Shown: positions 9,829 to 19,916, counted from the stretch's first letter. The stretch: 64,000 bases of DNA from a virus (IMGVR_UViG_3300004481_000331:1548-65547); one strand, 5' to 3'. Numbers and translations: made by a program. Notes: generated by a model not told the origin, from the letters alone.

Positions 9829-10970
9829 GCTACAATCCCTCCCCTGCGCAGTTTCAATGACTGCGCCCATCGCCAAGCTGTCCATGCACCATCACTTGTA
9901 CCAAAAGTACAGTTAATGCGTTCTCGAGTGATTGTATCTGGTATCTTGGAATCACGTTCCCACAGGTTTCTCAGCGGGTCACAACCACACGGCTCTTTGG
10001 GCATTTTAGCATGCGCTAAACGTACGATCATATCTTCTAACTGGTGTGTGATAGGCACACCAGATAGATAATTCAACTGCATTTCTTCATAGTCAGAACA
10101 GCGGCATGATCGCCTTATCCAAGCACCATCAATATAGTCAGCCGGGAAAACTTCAATCGCACCAATGCCTGGATATTTGACATAACCGCAAGCTGTCTGA
10201 GTATATGCACTGCAACCAGTCGCTGAGCAAACTGCGCTGCATGAATGATTATTAGATAAAATAACCTGAGTTGTTTGATCATTGTAGCGTCTTACAACAT
10301 CCACAGTTGTCTCACCCCACGTGGCAACGTCTGCATAATCTAACCCTACATCAAGATTATTAATGTAGTCAACTTTGATCATGCGGCAACGTGGTATCTC
10401 AATTGTGAGCATACCGCCTGATATGATCACACTGCTTGGAATGATTTCTATTTCTGTGCCTGGATGAAACACTGCAATTTCAGAGATGTCAGTTACAGAC
10501 GTAGCAATTGGGCCAATCACTGCTGGGTCAGTCGCATGATTGACTGCTGCGCTGGTCAAGATTGCGCTATGAGTTTCAATTCCAAGTGCAATCACATGAC
10601 CATAATTCGCAAAGGTCGGACAGCGGTACGGACGCTTTTCTTCAATCGTCCACTGGTAACCGATCAAGTAACCTAACTCGGCTTCAATCTCTTTCTGCGC
10701 TTCGCACAAATATTTAGCCACCATCATACGATCTGCCAGCGACCAGATATAGCGGCACTGGTTATCGCTTAGGTTATGAGCGATGCCCCAAAATGGGTTC
10801 TCATCATAACCAACCAAGTGTGCATATCGAGCCAGCTTGACTGCAGAACACTCACTGATCAATGAAGCATATTCCGCTACAATGATCGTGCTGCCGCCGC
10901 TGCCTGCACCGCTAATAACTGTTGGCGTGGTAATGGGTGTTCCTGTTCCGCTGCCAGATGTAGGACTCAT
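9825..10970 (-). CDS. Putative head-tail connector/adaptor, 381 aa
   Basis: Motifs like 'AQKEIEAELGY' and 'LEDMIVRLAHAKM' resemble gp6/gp15-like helices; position fits; Cys-rich. Confidence 0.5.
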   Translation of the reverse strand: MSPTSGSGTGTPITTPTVISGAGSGGSTIIVAEYASLISECSAVKLARYAHLVGYDENPFWGIAHNLSDNQCRYIWSLADRMMVAKYLCEAQKEIEAELGYLIGYQWTIEEKRPYRCPTFANYGHVIALGIETHSAILTSAAVNHATDPAVIGPIATSVTDISEIAVFHPGTEIEIIPSSVIISGGMLTIEIPRCRMIKVDYINNLDVGLDYADVATWGETTVDVVRRYNDQTTQVILSNNHSCSAVCSATGCSAYTQTACGYVKYPGIGAIEVFPADYIDGAWIRRSCRCSDYEEMQLNYLSGVPITHQLEDMIVRLAHAKMPKEPCGCDPLRNLWERDSKIPDTITRERINCTFGTSDGAWTAWRWAQSLKLRRGGIVA

Positions 10971-11590
10971 GGTGAAACTGCCTCCACATCAGGATTAACG
11001 AAAGTGTATCCTGCTCGCTGCCGCCAGACATAATACGTGCCAGTATCCAAGAAAGGCAACTCGCCTTGTGTGTCACGTGCAACGCCAAAGGCATCAGTGT
11101 CGCCTTTCCAGACAATATTCAAGCCAGCAAGGTCAGTCGAAAACCAGACTTCTGCACCTTCAATGGGCAGCAAAGTGACATCATCTGTTAGCGTGTAAGT
11201 AAAGTCAATTGCGCCCGCGTTCAATGCTTCGCTCAGTTCAAACCAGCGGACAATAGTATCAGGCGTGAATATATCGCCCGGTTGCCCTTGCACATAGATG
11301 GTGACTATATCGCCAGTACGGACGCTGAGAATGATCGATTGAGCCGCAACCGCAGTCTCGCCTGCAGCCGCTTGCGCGCTCGTCTTGGGCAAGACTGTAT
11401 AATTTGCGCCAATGCCACCCAACTGCATCATTGCATAAAAAGTGTAGATACCGCCGCCCACAACCTGATTAAGGAAAAGTTGTATCATCAGCATCCGGTT
11501 CGCATCTGCGGTATAACTCGCAATTGCGGTTGGCGATGAGATATCTACATCGATCAAGACATCACTTTGAAGCAATATAGCCGTAGTCAT
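10967..11590 (-). CDS. Virion accessory protein with C-terminal prealbumin/Ig-like domain
   Basis: C-terminus 'LPIEGAEVW...DTDAFG...LDTGTYYVWRQRAGYTF' resembles a carboxypeptidase-regulatory-like fold. Confidence 0.5.
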   Translation of the reverse strand: MTTAILLQSDVLIDVDISSPTAIASYTADANRMLMIQLFLNQVVGGGIYTFYAMMQLGGIGANYTVLPKTSAQAAAGETAVAAQSIILSVRTGDIVTIYVQGQPGDIFTPDTIVRWFELSEALNAGAIDFTYTLTDDVTLLPIEGAEVWFSTDLAGLNIVWKGDTDAFGVARDTQGELPFLDTGTYYVWRQRAGYTFVNPDVEAVSP

Positions 11591-11596
11591 AAGCCC

Positions 11597-13648
11597 TCAA
11601 AAAGTATTCCTGAATAAAGGTCCAAAAACTTCAGCAAAGATACCGATCACATCTAAACCGCTTGGAATAGTTATCTTCAATCCATTGGCGGTAATCGTGG
11701 CTGTGTCAAGATCGATTGTAACACCGCCCGGAATAATACTGACCGCTCTCCCTTCAGCAGTTATCATCGCCGTTGCTAATGCAATGATCACTGCACTGTA
11801 AACTGTAAGGTTCTGCCCTTCAGCCAAAAGATTCGCAGTGTTGAGATTGATCACAACTGCTCCGGGCAACACATCAAGCAAAAGCCCTGCTGCATTGATC
11901 AATGCAGCATCAAGATTGACAGTCGCAGCACCAGGAATAACGTCAAATTGCCAACCTGTTGCCATAACTGAAGCATTGCTTAAATTGATCTGTATTGAAC
12001 CAGGGGCAGGCGCACTGATTGTGATGACTTGACCAGTTGAGAAAAGATTGCCTGCCTCCAGTTGGATGATCACACCACCCGGCACCACATTGAAAGATAA
12101 ACCGCCTGCGATTAGAGTCGCAAGATCAAGCGATACTGTGACTGAGCCAGGAACTATATCTGCTTGCAAACCAGAAATGGTTACGTTCGCTTGATCAAGC
12201 GGTACTGTGACTGCGCCCGGAATGACATCCAAAAGTTGCCCATCGGCTTGCATATCAGCCGCATCCAAAGGCACAAAGACACTGCCCGGAACGACATCCA
12301 ATAATTGCCCATCGGCTTGCATATCAGCCGCATCCAAAGGAATTGATACGCCACCTGGAACAACATCTAGTAATTGACCATCTGCATTGACATCAGCGGT
12401 ATCTAAAGAAATAGAAACGCCACCTGGAACGACATCCAGTAATTGCCCAGCCGCAACCAGCCCTGCTGCATCAAGATAGATAGTTATTGCGCCTGCTGGC
12501 GGTGCGCTGATCGTGATAACTCGTCCAGCACTTACGATATTAGCCGCATCCAGTAAAATTGAAACCGCACCCGGAACAACGTCAAACACCTGCCCTAATG
12601 CATTGAGCGCAGCGGCATCCAGCATGATCGCAACCATGCCTGGAACTACATCGAGCAATTGACCTATCGCATTGAGTGAAGCCGCATCGAGCGCAATGGA
12701 CACTGCACCCGGAACAACGTCAAGTTGCTGCCCTTGCGCATTGAGCAAAGCTGTGTCCAGATTGATCGTGATAGGCGCGCCGCCGAGCGAGATTGTAACA
12801 GCCAATCCATTGGCGGTCAGCGTTGCTGCATTGAGCAAGATTGAGCGCGCCCCGGGTATCACATCCAACAAGTTACCATTTGCCGCAAGCAGAGCAGTAT
12901 CAAGCAAAATGGTGGCTGTGCCTGGAACAATGTCAAGCGGCTGACCGTTTGCTGTGATGATCGCATTATCCAAAAGGATTGACACTGCCCCTGGTACGAC
13001 ATCCAGGGCAAGCCCATTAGCCGTGATGCTTGCAGCGTTCAGGTTGACAGTTACGCCTGCCGCTGGTGCGCTGATGCTGATTGCTAAACCGTTAGCCAGC
13101 AAAGAAGCCGCATCGAGCGCAATTGTACGCGCACCCGGCATCACATCCAAAGCAAGCCCACCAGCAGTCACAACTGCGGCATCAAGATTAATGGTAATTG
13201 ATCCATCAGGTAGTTCTAATTTTACAGAACTTACCCAAACATACCGCCTGCTTGCCGATGGTACGCCAACTGTGCCGGATGAAACAACAACTGCTCTCAG
13301 CGCAGTCCAGTCGGTTACTGCGCTGAGATCAGTCGAACCGTTATATGCTGTCCAAGTTTCCGTCAGACTTCCTGAACCAATGGCAGAACCACGAGCAGTT
13401 GTGCCTTCATAAATCTGCACACTGACTTGCCTATCATGTCCAGTCGCTGCACTTTTACGCGCTCTAAATCTGATGGTGCAAGTTTTGGTCGCAGGTTCAA
13501 CCGGGTCTTCCAAAGTAAAGATGGCTGTACCATTGGCACTATTTGATCCAATGATATAGTCAGTATCGCTGTCATCATTAATGTCTGTATAAGTACCAGT
13601 CCAGTTTGTCAGCGAAACATCGCCATCCGGATACTTAGTTTGAGTCAC
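11597..13648 (-). CDS. Repeat-rich fibre-like virion protein (683 aa)
   Basis: About 150-aa N-terminal globular domain followed by about 22 copies of a 23-aa repeat (xVxIxLDAAxLxAxGQxLDVVPG). Confidence 0.7.
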   Translation of the reverse strand: MTQTKYPDGDVSLTNWTGTYTDINDDSDTDYIIGSNSANGTAIFTLEDPVEPATKTCTIRFRARKSAATGHDRQVSVQIYEGTTARGSAIGSGSLTETWTAYNGSTDLSAVTDWTALRAVVVSSGTVGVPSASRRYVWVSSVKLELPDGSITINLDAAVVTAGGLALDVMPGARTIALDAASLLANGLAISISAPAAGVTVNLNAASITANGLALDVVPGAVSILLDNAIITANGQPLDIVPGTATILLDTALLAANGNLLDVIPGARSILLNAATLTANGLAVTISLGGAPITINLDTALLNAQGQQLDVVPGAVSIALDAASLNAIGQLLDVVPGMVAIMLDAAALNALGQVFDVVPGAVSILLDAANIVSAGRVITISAPPAGAITIYLDAAGLVAAGQLLDVVPGGVSISLDTADVNADGQLLDVVPGGVSIPLDAADMQADGQLLDVVPGSVFVPLDAADMQADGQLLDVIPGAVTVPLDQANVTISGLQADIVPGSVTVSLDLATLIAGGLSFNVVPGGVIIQLEAGNLFSTGQVITISAPAPGSIQINLSNASVMATGWQFDVIPGAATVNLDAALINAAGLLLDVLPGAVVINLNTANLLAEGQNLTVYSAVIIALATAMITAEGRAVSIIPGGVTIDLDTATITANGLKITIPSGLDVIGIFAEVFGPLFRNTF
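11657..13201 (-). repeat. Coding tandem repeat, 69-bp period
   Basis: Near-identical DNA copies TTGCCCATCGGCTTGCATATCAGCCGCATCCAAAGG start at 12236 and 12305. Confidence 0.8.
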
Positions 13649-14083
13649 TTACTTATACTCCACCTTGGTTGAGGCGATCATAGTTGACAGATCGAGCGTG
13701 GTGGTCATCACAATAATCCCGGTCAGGTCGCTCATGATTTCTTTCAAGTGCGAGCCATTTATCCAGTACTCTTGTTTCTTCGGGTCAGTGATGCCACGTG
13801 CAGCCAATCGCTTTGTCCAGGTCGGATGCCAGCTATTAGGATACAAAGCCGGGACAAGGTAAATCCGGTAATCGCCATCGGCATGCTCATTGGTATCAAT
13901 CACAATCTTTGTAGGCGAGTTTGGGCTACCCAAGTCGCCAATATCAAAACCCTTTGTTCCGGCATTGCTTTTGATATCTTCAGTGGTTGCGGCAACGAGC
14001 AGTTTCAGCACAGGTTCATTGTATGCCCAATAGCCAGAGCCACGCGGCCATTCCTTCAATTCTGCTTCAGGTTGAGTTGTCAT
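13649..14083 (-). CDS. Hypothetical virion-region protein
   Basis: 144 aa, SD GAGG, in operon. Confidence 0.6.
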   Translation of the reverse strand: MTTQPEAELKEWPRGSGYWAYNEPVLKLLVAATTEDIKSNAGTKGFDIGDLGSPNSPTKIVIDTNEHADGDYRIYLVPALYPNSWHPTWTKRLAARGITDPKKQEYWINGSHLKEIMSDLTGIIVMTTTLDLSTMIASTKVEYK

Positions 14084-14091
14084 GATAGCCT

Positions 14092-14517
14092 CTATGATAA
14101 AGTCATGATGCCATTGGCGTGGAAGGATAGCGTATAGTTACCGCCGTTGCTGTTGGTCGCAATCTCCCACAATATGAGCACCCATTTGGTTGCGGTTGTG
14201 TCATCATACAACCGGGCTTCTACGATGGTAGCTGTAGCCAATGATGTCCAAAGCACATCGGTTCCGTCGTCATCCCATTTTGCCCAGTTGTTCGTATCAT
14301 CCTGAGAGACTACCGGTGTTCCGATACTTTCACCACCAGCGGTGTAACCGGATGCTACAATTTCATTGGTCGCAGAATAAGCTACATCTGCGCCATCCGG
14401 GCTTGCCAGGGCAACCGAATATAACGCAATCTTGAAAGTATCGCTGTTGCAGTCAATGGTTTTGAGCAATAACTGCTCCTTGAAGTTGTTTAATACAATT
14501 GCATCACCTTCTGCCAT
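14092..14517 (-). CDS. Conserved small phage structural protein (head accessory/decoration type)
   Basis: Motif 'ID..SDTFKIAL...NE...GYTAGG' is typical of a widespread phage structural family; start refined to 14517. Confidence 0.55.
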   Translation of the reverse strand: MAEGDAIVLNNFKEQLLLKTIDCNSDTFKIALYSVALASPDGADVAYSATNEIVASGYTAGGESIGTPVVSQDDTNNWAKWDDDGTDVLWTSLATATIVEARLYDDTTATKWVLILWEIATNSNGGNYTLSFHANGIMTLS

Positions 14518-14518
14518 T

Positions 14519-14788
14519 TCATTCACCTACCTTTCCAGGTTGTGCGAATAGTTTCGCTGTCTTTAGCCCAATGACAATATCCTTGGGTTTTCCTTCAGAT
14601 TGATCAGTTTCGCTTAGCTCTTGCGCATGGAATTCCACAATTCGCTGCTCAATTGTAGTCAATTGATTCCGGTAGTGCTCTAGCGCAGATGGTTTTCGCT
14701 CATCTTCATCTGACACAGTTTGTAGAACACTGATGAGATATTCCGCTAATTGCTTTCTCAGAAGTAATTCTTGTAAAGTTTCACTCAT
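14519..14788 (-). CDS. Small coiled-coil hypothetical protein
   Basis: SD GGAGG(GAG) before ATG 14788. Confidence 0.55.
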   Translation of the reverse strand: MSETLQELLLRKQLAEYLISVLQTVSDEDERKPSALEHYRNQLTTIEQRIVEFHAQELSETDQSEGKPKDIVIGLKTAKLFAQPGKVGE

Positions 14789-15089
14789 CGCTCCCTCCAA
14801 CTAAACTTTGTAGAAATGATTGTGCGCCGGCAATTGCAAGCCATAGCAAAACAAACTCGGTAATGCTATATGCAATGAACCATGCTAGAACAGCCGCAAT
14901 CCAAACACCCACGCAGTGTGGACAGTTGATCAGTTCAGCCAACCACCACCAGAAATTATGCTTATCTGCAGTCACTTTGCGCCCGATCAATGAGCGCACA
15001 GGTTTAGTAATCTCATCGATTGAGATCAGACGGCTCAGGCGATAATTGGCGAAAATTGACAATACTATGATGATCAGATGTTCTGTCAT
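14781..15089 (-). CDS. DUF1360-family membrane protein
   Basis: 'YRLSRLISIDEITKPVR...ELINCPHCVGVWIAA' motif; hydrophobic helices. Confidence 0.7.
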   Translation of the reverse strand: MTEHLIIIVLSIFANYRLSRLISIDEITKPVRSLIGRKVTADKHNFWWWLAELINCPHCVGVWIAAVLAWFIAYSITEFVLLWLAIAGAQSFLQSLVGGSDE

Positions 15090-16903
15090 AACTGACTCAG
15101 GTAATCGATAACCGTTTTCCGGTTTCTTCCTTCTCGCTCAAGTTTCAGCAAAGCATCAGGGTCAAAGGTTTCTCGTTCCATCATTTTGATCTGCTTCAAA
15201 GACATCTGATCGATGGGCAGATAACTTTCTGGTTGCGTAGGCTCAGGTTGAGTTTGAGCAACTTCTTCTTTGATCACAGTTGGGGCAGGCGGTTTGTAAA
15301 GTTTGAATACTGGTTTGCCGCCTTCACGCAAATCCAGCAATCCTGGCTTGGTTTGTGTACCTGATAGATCGTGCTGATCAACGGGCACAAAGTTCCTGGT
15401 CAAGCCTGCACGGTAACGCGCACCTGTCGCAATACCGTAGTAAGATTGAGTTCCATAGTTTGAACCGATATATTCCACGATCACAGCATTATCTGTACTC
15501 GCAAGAATAGGCGCAGTTTTGCGCACTGCTTTAACAACTGTTGGCGATTTACTTCCACAGCATGCCATTGGTCTATTACCTCCATAAATGTCGGGAAAAG
15601 TGGCTTGAAGTTTAGCCAGAAATTTTGCATGATGGATCGGTGAAGTATTGATCATCGTTCTGCCTTGCCCTTCACGGCGATACCACATGCCTTTTTCCGG
15701 CAAATATACACCGCACCAACCTTTGATACCCAGGGCTATATTGATTGCCCAATCTTCACGCCCATCCCCGAACGCTTCAGGATAACCGCCTATTTCTTCC
15801 CAAGCGGCTTTGGGAAACATGATCGCAGAATGCACATGATTTCTATATAACAGCGCTTCGAAGTTATATGCACTCACACGGATGTCTAAATCAGGTCGTT
15901 CCACGCCTTCAGAAAAAGGCATGATGCCATCATAGATAAAGCTATGCGGATTAGCCAACTGCGCCCGGTACAACTTTTCCAAAGACCCCGGTTTGCGCAT
16001 ATCATCAGCACACATGACCGCAATGTACTTTCCGTGGGCAGCGGCTATGCCCGTATTATTAGCAATGGCTGTGCCGCCTCGCTTTGATCGCCTGATATAC
16101 CGGACACCTTTTGATGCATCTGCAACCTTAGCACACCAGTCAGGTGTTTGATCAATTGAAGCATCATCTACTATGATCAATTCAAACGAGGCAAAGGACT
16201 GCTGCGGCAATTGTCCCATACAAGTGTAACCGCCTATGAAACTGTTCACGCAGTCAGGTAAGTAGCGTCCATAGTTGTAACAACTGACGACTACCGAAAC
16301 CATAGGCGGTGTCCTGATCAGTAGTGCTTGGTTTTGAGGTTCACGCCGCAGCAGTTTGCGGATGCCTTTACCAAAATTGCCTCGTCTCGCATGCACAAAG
16401 TCAGGCACAGTATCAAGCATCTGGACTGGCAAGTTTTCCCTATGCACACGTAGCTGGTACTCACATGTGCTGCCCCACAAAGGATAATCCACTTCATTGA
16501 GCAGCCCAACTTGGTTGATCGTAGAGCGAGGTATATACATGAAAGTGCCATGAATATAACCATTCGGAAAAGCGGGATGATCACCTCCAATCCGCTCACC
16601 GATCAATGCGCCTCTATTCTTTTGAAGACACTCGTACCAAGTCAAGCCTGTGAAATGAGTATCCTGGTTGAGAATAAGCACATCATCTACACAAGCCCGG
16701 ATGCCTGCATTGACCGCGCCAGTGAAGTAACCTTTTTTCTTCAACTGCATAACTTCTATATTTGTACGATCAGTATTCAGTTGGTAAGGTTCATCAGAGC
16801 AGTCGTCTACAATGATCACATGAAACCGGTCGGGGATTGTAGCAAGTAATCGATCAGTTTCCTGATGCCCATTGTAGAAAGGTATGATGATAGTCAAATC
16901 CAT
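15086..16903 (-). CDS. Tandem GT2 glycosyltransferase with extra C-terminal domain (605 aa)
   Basis: Two GT-A domains (IIIPFYN...IIVDDCS...LNQD; VVVSCYN...IIVDDAS...CADD). SD AGGGAG supports start 16903. Confidence 0.8.
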   Translation of the reverse strand: MDLTIIIPFYNGHQETDRLLATIPDRFHVIIVDDCSDEPYQLNTDRTNIEVMQLKKKGYFTGAVNAGIRACVDDVLILNQDTHFTGLTWYECLQKNRGALIGERIGGDHPAFPNGYIHGTFMYIPRSTINQVGLLNEVDYPLWGSTCEYQLRVHRENLPVQMLDTVPDFVHARRGNFGKGIRKLLRREPQNQALLIRTPPMVSVVVSCYNYGRYLPDCVNSFIGGYTCMGQLPQQSFASFELIIVDDASIDQTPDWCAKVADASKGVRYIRRSKRGGTAIANNTGIAAAHGKYIAVMCADDMRKPGSLEKLYRAQLANPHSFIYDGIMPFSEGVERPDLDIRVSAYNFEALLYRNHVHSAIMFPKAAWEEIGGYPEAFGDGREDWAINIALGIKGWCGVYLPEKGMWYRREGQGRTMINTSPIHHAKFLAKLQATFPDIYGGNRPMACCGSKSPTVVKAVRKTAPILASTDNAVIVEYIGSNYGTQSYYGIATGARYRAGLTRNFVPVDQHDLSGTQTKPGLLDLREGGKPVFKLYKPPAPTVIKEEVAQTQPEPTQPESYLPIDQMSLKQIKMMERETFDPDALLKLEREGRNRKTVIDYLSQL

Positions 16904-16918
16904 TGCTCGCTCCCTGGT

Positions 16919-16954
16919 GGTGGGGGTAGTTATCCCATGATCACTACCCCCACC
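16919..16954 (-). terminator. Stem-loop after the capsid gene (terminator/stabiliser)
   Basis: 12-bp inverted repeat GGTGGGGGTAGT / ACTACCCCCACC. Confidence 0.55.
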
Positions 16955-16985
16955 CCGCACCGCAATAAAATTTTGACTATGGTTG

Positions 16986-18323
16986 TTATGGACAGACAGC
17001 CGGAGCAAACGAGGTCAGCGGGTAGAAACTGGTCTCGGTTGGGTCAGCGCTCATGAAGCCACCAGGAGTAATGCACTGCACGTCTTGGAAGCGAATCTGA
17101 GTAAACGGTGCTTTGCAGAACAGGCGAGGGTGAATCCAGCCTTTCATCTGGCGACACTCGTTTTCTGTATCAATGCGCCACAGGACGCGCCCACCATCGG
17201 TGCTGAAGTAACCGCCTTCAGGTGTTTCGCTTGCAGCTACATCGGCGCTGATATGCTCGCCTTCCCAGATACGGAAGTTGCCAACTGCTGATGTCAGGAA
17301 GTAGATATCGCCAGTAGTTGGGCCATTGATCAGACCAAAGTCGTAGCCCAAGATTGGGATAATCTGACCATCCAAAATGATCTGACCGAAGCCAAACATG
17401 CCACCGATCAACCCATCCCGGAACTTGCGTGCTTCGTAGGACTGCAAAGCAACTTCGTTGTACTGCGAGCCATCACAAACTGACCAGCAGGTGTAGAAAT
17501 CCAGCAAGCAGTTGGTCATGGAGACTGGCATAACGATGATCATATCGCCAGTTGAGATATTTTGAGTGCGCAGGCGAGGAGCCCAGGAAATGCGCTGTTT
17601 GATGCGCCGATAGGCAGCGAGCAGAACGTCAATGAAGTTGTAAGTCGCAGCGACCGGGTTGCCGTTCCAGGTGATGCCAGCACCGCCAGACATTGGATTG
17701 CCATTCCAATCAACCACGACACTGTCCAGAATAGAGCAGTCATAGCCAGTCCGCACCCACCGCTCTAAGCCATCGAACTGCCCGGGCGTGGCTGAGTTGC
17801 CTGTGACGACCATCTGGTTCACATCATTAATGATCTGATCAGCAACGAACTTCATATCCCATTCGCGCTCATCCATGACTTTTGTGCCATCGAGCCGCCA
17901 AAGGGGGTCGGTCACGCAGTACTTCTTGGGCTTCATAATGTCACGAGTTGGACCCAATCGACCAATGCGCCCAAAGTCCTCAACCGTCAACTTGCAAGAA
18001 CCCCATTCCACACCATTGGGGTCAGCGCAGGGGTCAGACAGGTAACCGGCTGTGGGAGAGCCTTGGTAGTAAGCTGGACGGACAAAGGTAATGAACTCGA
18101 TAGAACGGTAACATTCATTGCCCACATTGAAGCCGAGCCAATCCAGCAAAGGCAACTGCCCAGCCATATGCAATGAGAGCAGGTCGCCATCACCACAGCG
18201 GTCAAAGAAGTTGCAACAACCAAACGGCGTAGCGGTAGTGCTTAAAGTCATGGCACGCTGGCGCATGGTCGGTTTTGCTGCGCTCTGAAGTGCAGCGATT
18301 AAATCATCAGTCGAGATATTCAT
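16986..18323 (-). CDS. Major capsid protein (445 aa)
   Basis: Directly follows the protease/scaffold gene; strong SD AGGAGG at start 18323; size fits; 'GNSATPGQFDGL' resembles an HK97-fold motif. Confidence 0.75.
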   Translation of the reverse strand: MNISTDDLIAALQSAAKPTMRQRAMTLSTTATPFGCCNFFDRCGDGDLLSLHMAGQLPLLDWLGFNVGNECYRSIEFITFVRPAYYQGSPTAGYLSDPCADPNGVEWGSCKLTVEDFGRIGRLGPTRDIMKPKKYCVTDPLWRLDGTKVMDEREWDMKFVADQIINDVNQMVVTGNSATPGQFDGLERWVRTGYDCSILDSVVVDWNGNPMSGGAGITWNGNPVAATYNFIDVLLAAYRRIKQRISWAPRLRTQNISTGDMIIVMPVSMTNCLLDFYTCWSVCDGSQYNEVALQSYEARKFRDGLIGGMFGFGQIILDGQIIPILGYDFGLINGPTTGDIYFLTSAVGNFRIWEGEHISADVAASETPEGGYFSTDGGRVLWRIDTENECRQMKGWIHPRLFCKAPFTQIRFQDVQCITPGGFMSADPTETSFYPLTSFAPAVCP

Positions 18324-18371
18324 TCTTGAGCCTCCTTTAGAATTAGGCAAATTTGTGCAGCATCGCTACAC

Positions 18372-19916
18372 TTAGTATTTTACCGGGATGCGTGATAAGA
18401 CATCCGCAGCAATTTCTTGACCATCGGGTTCTTGCGGCTGATCATCAACTTGTTCTTGCCGCGCCCGGTGAGTGACACGCAGCGAAGAAACCACAGGCAA
18501 ATCATCATACCATTGGCGAGAACGCTTTTTTTCTGCATCGATCAACTGCGCCATCTGCTGTTTGATCTGTTCAATTTCTTCTTGCATTTCTTCAGGCGGG
18601 GCTGCACCTTCTGGCTCGCCTTCAGGCTTTTTGCCTTCCTCGAGCGCAGTAATGCGCCCTTCGAGCGCGCTCAACTGTTCCATGATCGGCGCTAAGGCTT
18701 CATCGAGATTGACTTGACGTGCAAGCCGTTCTGCAATTGCATCCAGGGCAGATTCATCAAACTCGATGGTAGGCGGTTGCGCTGCAGGCGGTGTTTCTTG
18801 GATGACTGCAGGCGGGGCAGGTGGCGGCTGATCATCCAGGCGAGTAATCATGCCATTTTCCGCAATCATGCGGTTTGCTTTGTCAGCGTTATTGGCAAGC
18901 CACTCCTTCGCCGCGTCTTCGTCACCACTGAATAACTTGATCAATGCTTCCATTTCTCGTTTCTGTAACATTCTGGTAACCTCCTTGGTAAGTATGGTTG
19001 ACGTGAACCAAGCAGCGGCGTACTGCTCTGGAACGTCAGACATTTCATATATCATGCCTTCATTATAGACAGGCACGCTTAGCCCTTGATCAGCGCCTAA
19101 AATCTCAGGCGGGGCAGTCGGCAAAAAGCCAATTGATTCACCCCAGTAATCTGGTTCATCAAGATGAGATTGCACAAGCAGCGCAGCAAGTTCAGTGTCA
19201 TTATAGACACCTGAACTCAGAAGCAAATAGCCATCCACAGCCAGCCAGTCACATTGCCCCACACACCACTGGTCGCCCATGTGCATAAATTGACGCATGG
19301 GATACTCGCCTGTGCGTGTAACTTGATCAATGAATGAGCGGAATAATTTTGTGCTATCGATGTCACCCGCCTTATTCAGCGCAGCAGTGCCGGAAATCGA
19401 GAACCAGCGATATGAGTCATCTTCCTGGCGAATAATGCGGGTCTGACTGCGCAACTGCCGAACTGCTGGAAAATCCAACTGTACTTCAACCCACTCACTA
19501 ACTAATACGCCCGACTCTGCCAAGGTCACATTAGCGCGGTACAGTTTTCCTTGAGATGAAATGAGCGCAAATATCTGACCAATCTTTTCGTCTGCATACA
19601 AGTCATTAATCCAGGCTTGCGGGTCGGTTGCTTGAACGGCTTGCCAGATTGGCTCAAACAAATAGTCACCCAATGGCTTTACTTCTTTCTTGGGCGGTTC
19701 GCTGATCGGCAGAGAACTGAGATCGAGAATAAAGCGGCTTTGCAACACTACGCCATTTGCTTGCGCAAAAGCAGACGCCTCGCAGTCAGCCCCGCCTTCT
19801 GACGTGCATTTCTCAAAAGCAGAATTAAACACGGCAACCCACTGCCGCCTATCTTTATCGGATAACTTTTGGACACTTTCGGGCAATGATGCATCATTCT
19901 CGTCTGTATAAGGCAT
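18372..19916 (-). CDS. ChaB-domain + prohead protease + scaffold fusion
   Basis: N-terminal 'LPESVQKLSDKDRRQWVAVFNSAF' is ChaB-like; central region resembles an HK97-type protease (NKAGD..., H, SIGF); C-terminal Pro-rich/coiled-coil scaffold. Confidence 0.65.
   Translation of the reverse strand: MPYTDENDASLPESVQKLSDKDRRQWVAVFNSAFEKCTSEGGADCEASAFAQANGVVLQSRFILDLSSLPISEPPKKEVKPLGDYLFEPIWQAVQATDPQAWINDLYADEKIGQIFALISSQGKLYRANVTLAESGVLVSEWVEVQLDFPAVRQLRSQTRIIRQEDDSYRWFSISGTAALNKAGDIDSTKLFRSFIDQVTRTGEYPMRQFMHMGDQWCVGQCDWLAVDGYLLLSSGVYNDTELAALLVQSHLDEPDYWGESIGFLPTAPPEILGADQGLSVPVYNEGMIYEMSDVPEQYAAAWFTSTILTKEVTRMLQKREMEALIKLFSGDEDAAKEWLANNADKANRMIAENGMITRLDDQPPPAPPAVIQETPPAAQPPTIEFDESALDAIAERLARQVNLDEALAPIMEQLSALEGRITALEEGKKPEGEPEGAAPPEEMQEEIEQIKQQMAQLIDAEKKRSRQWYDDLPVVSSLRVTHRARQEQVDDQPQEPDGQEIAADVLSRIPVKY

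Noticed and set aside
16983-17291. Alternative-frame ORFs inside the capsid gene (and similar ones throughout the track)
   Set aside because: No SD and atypical composition; explained by codon bias of the main gene.
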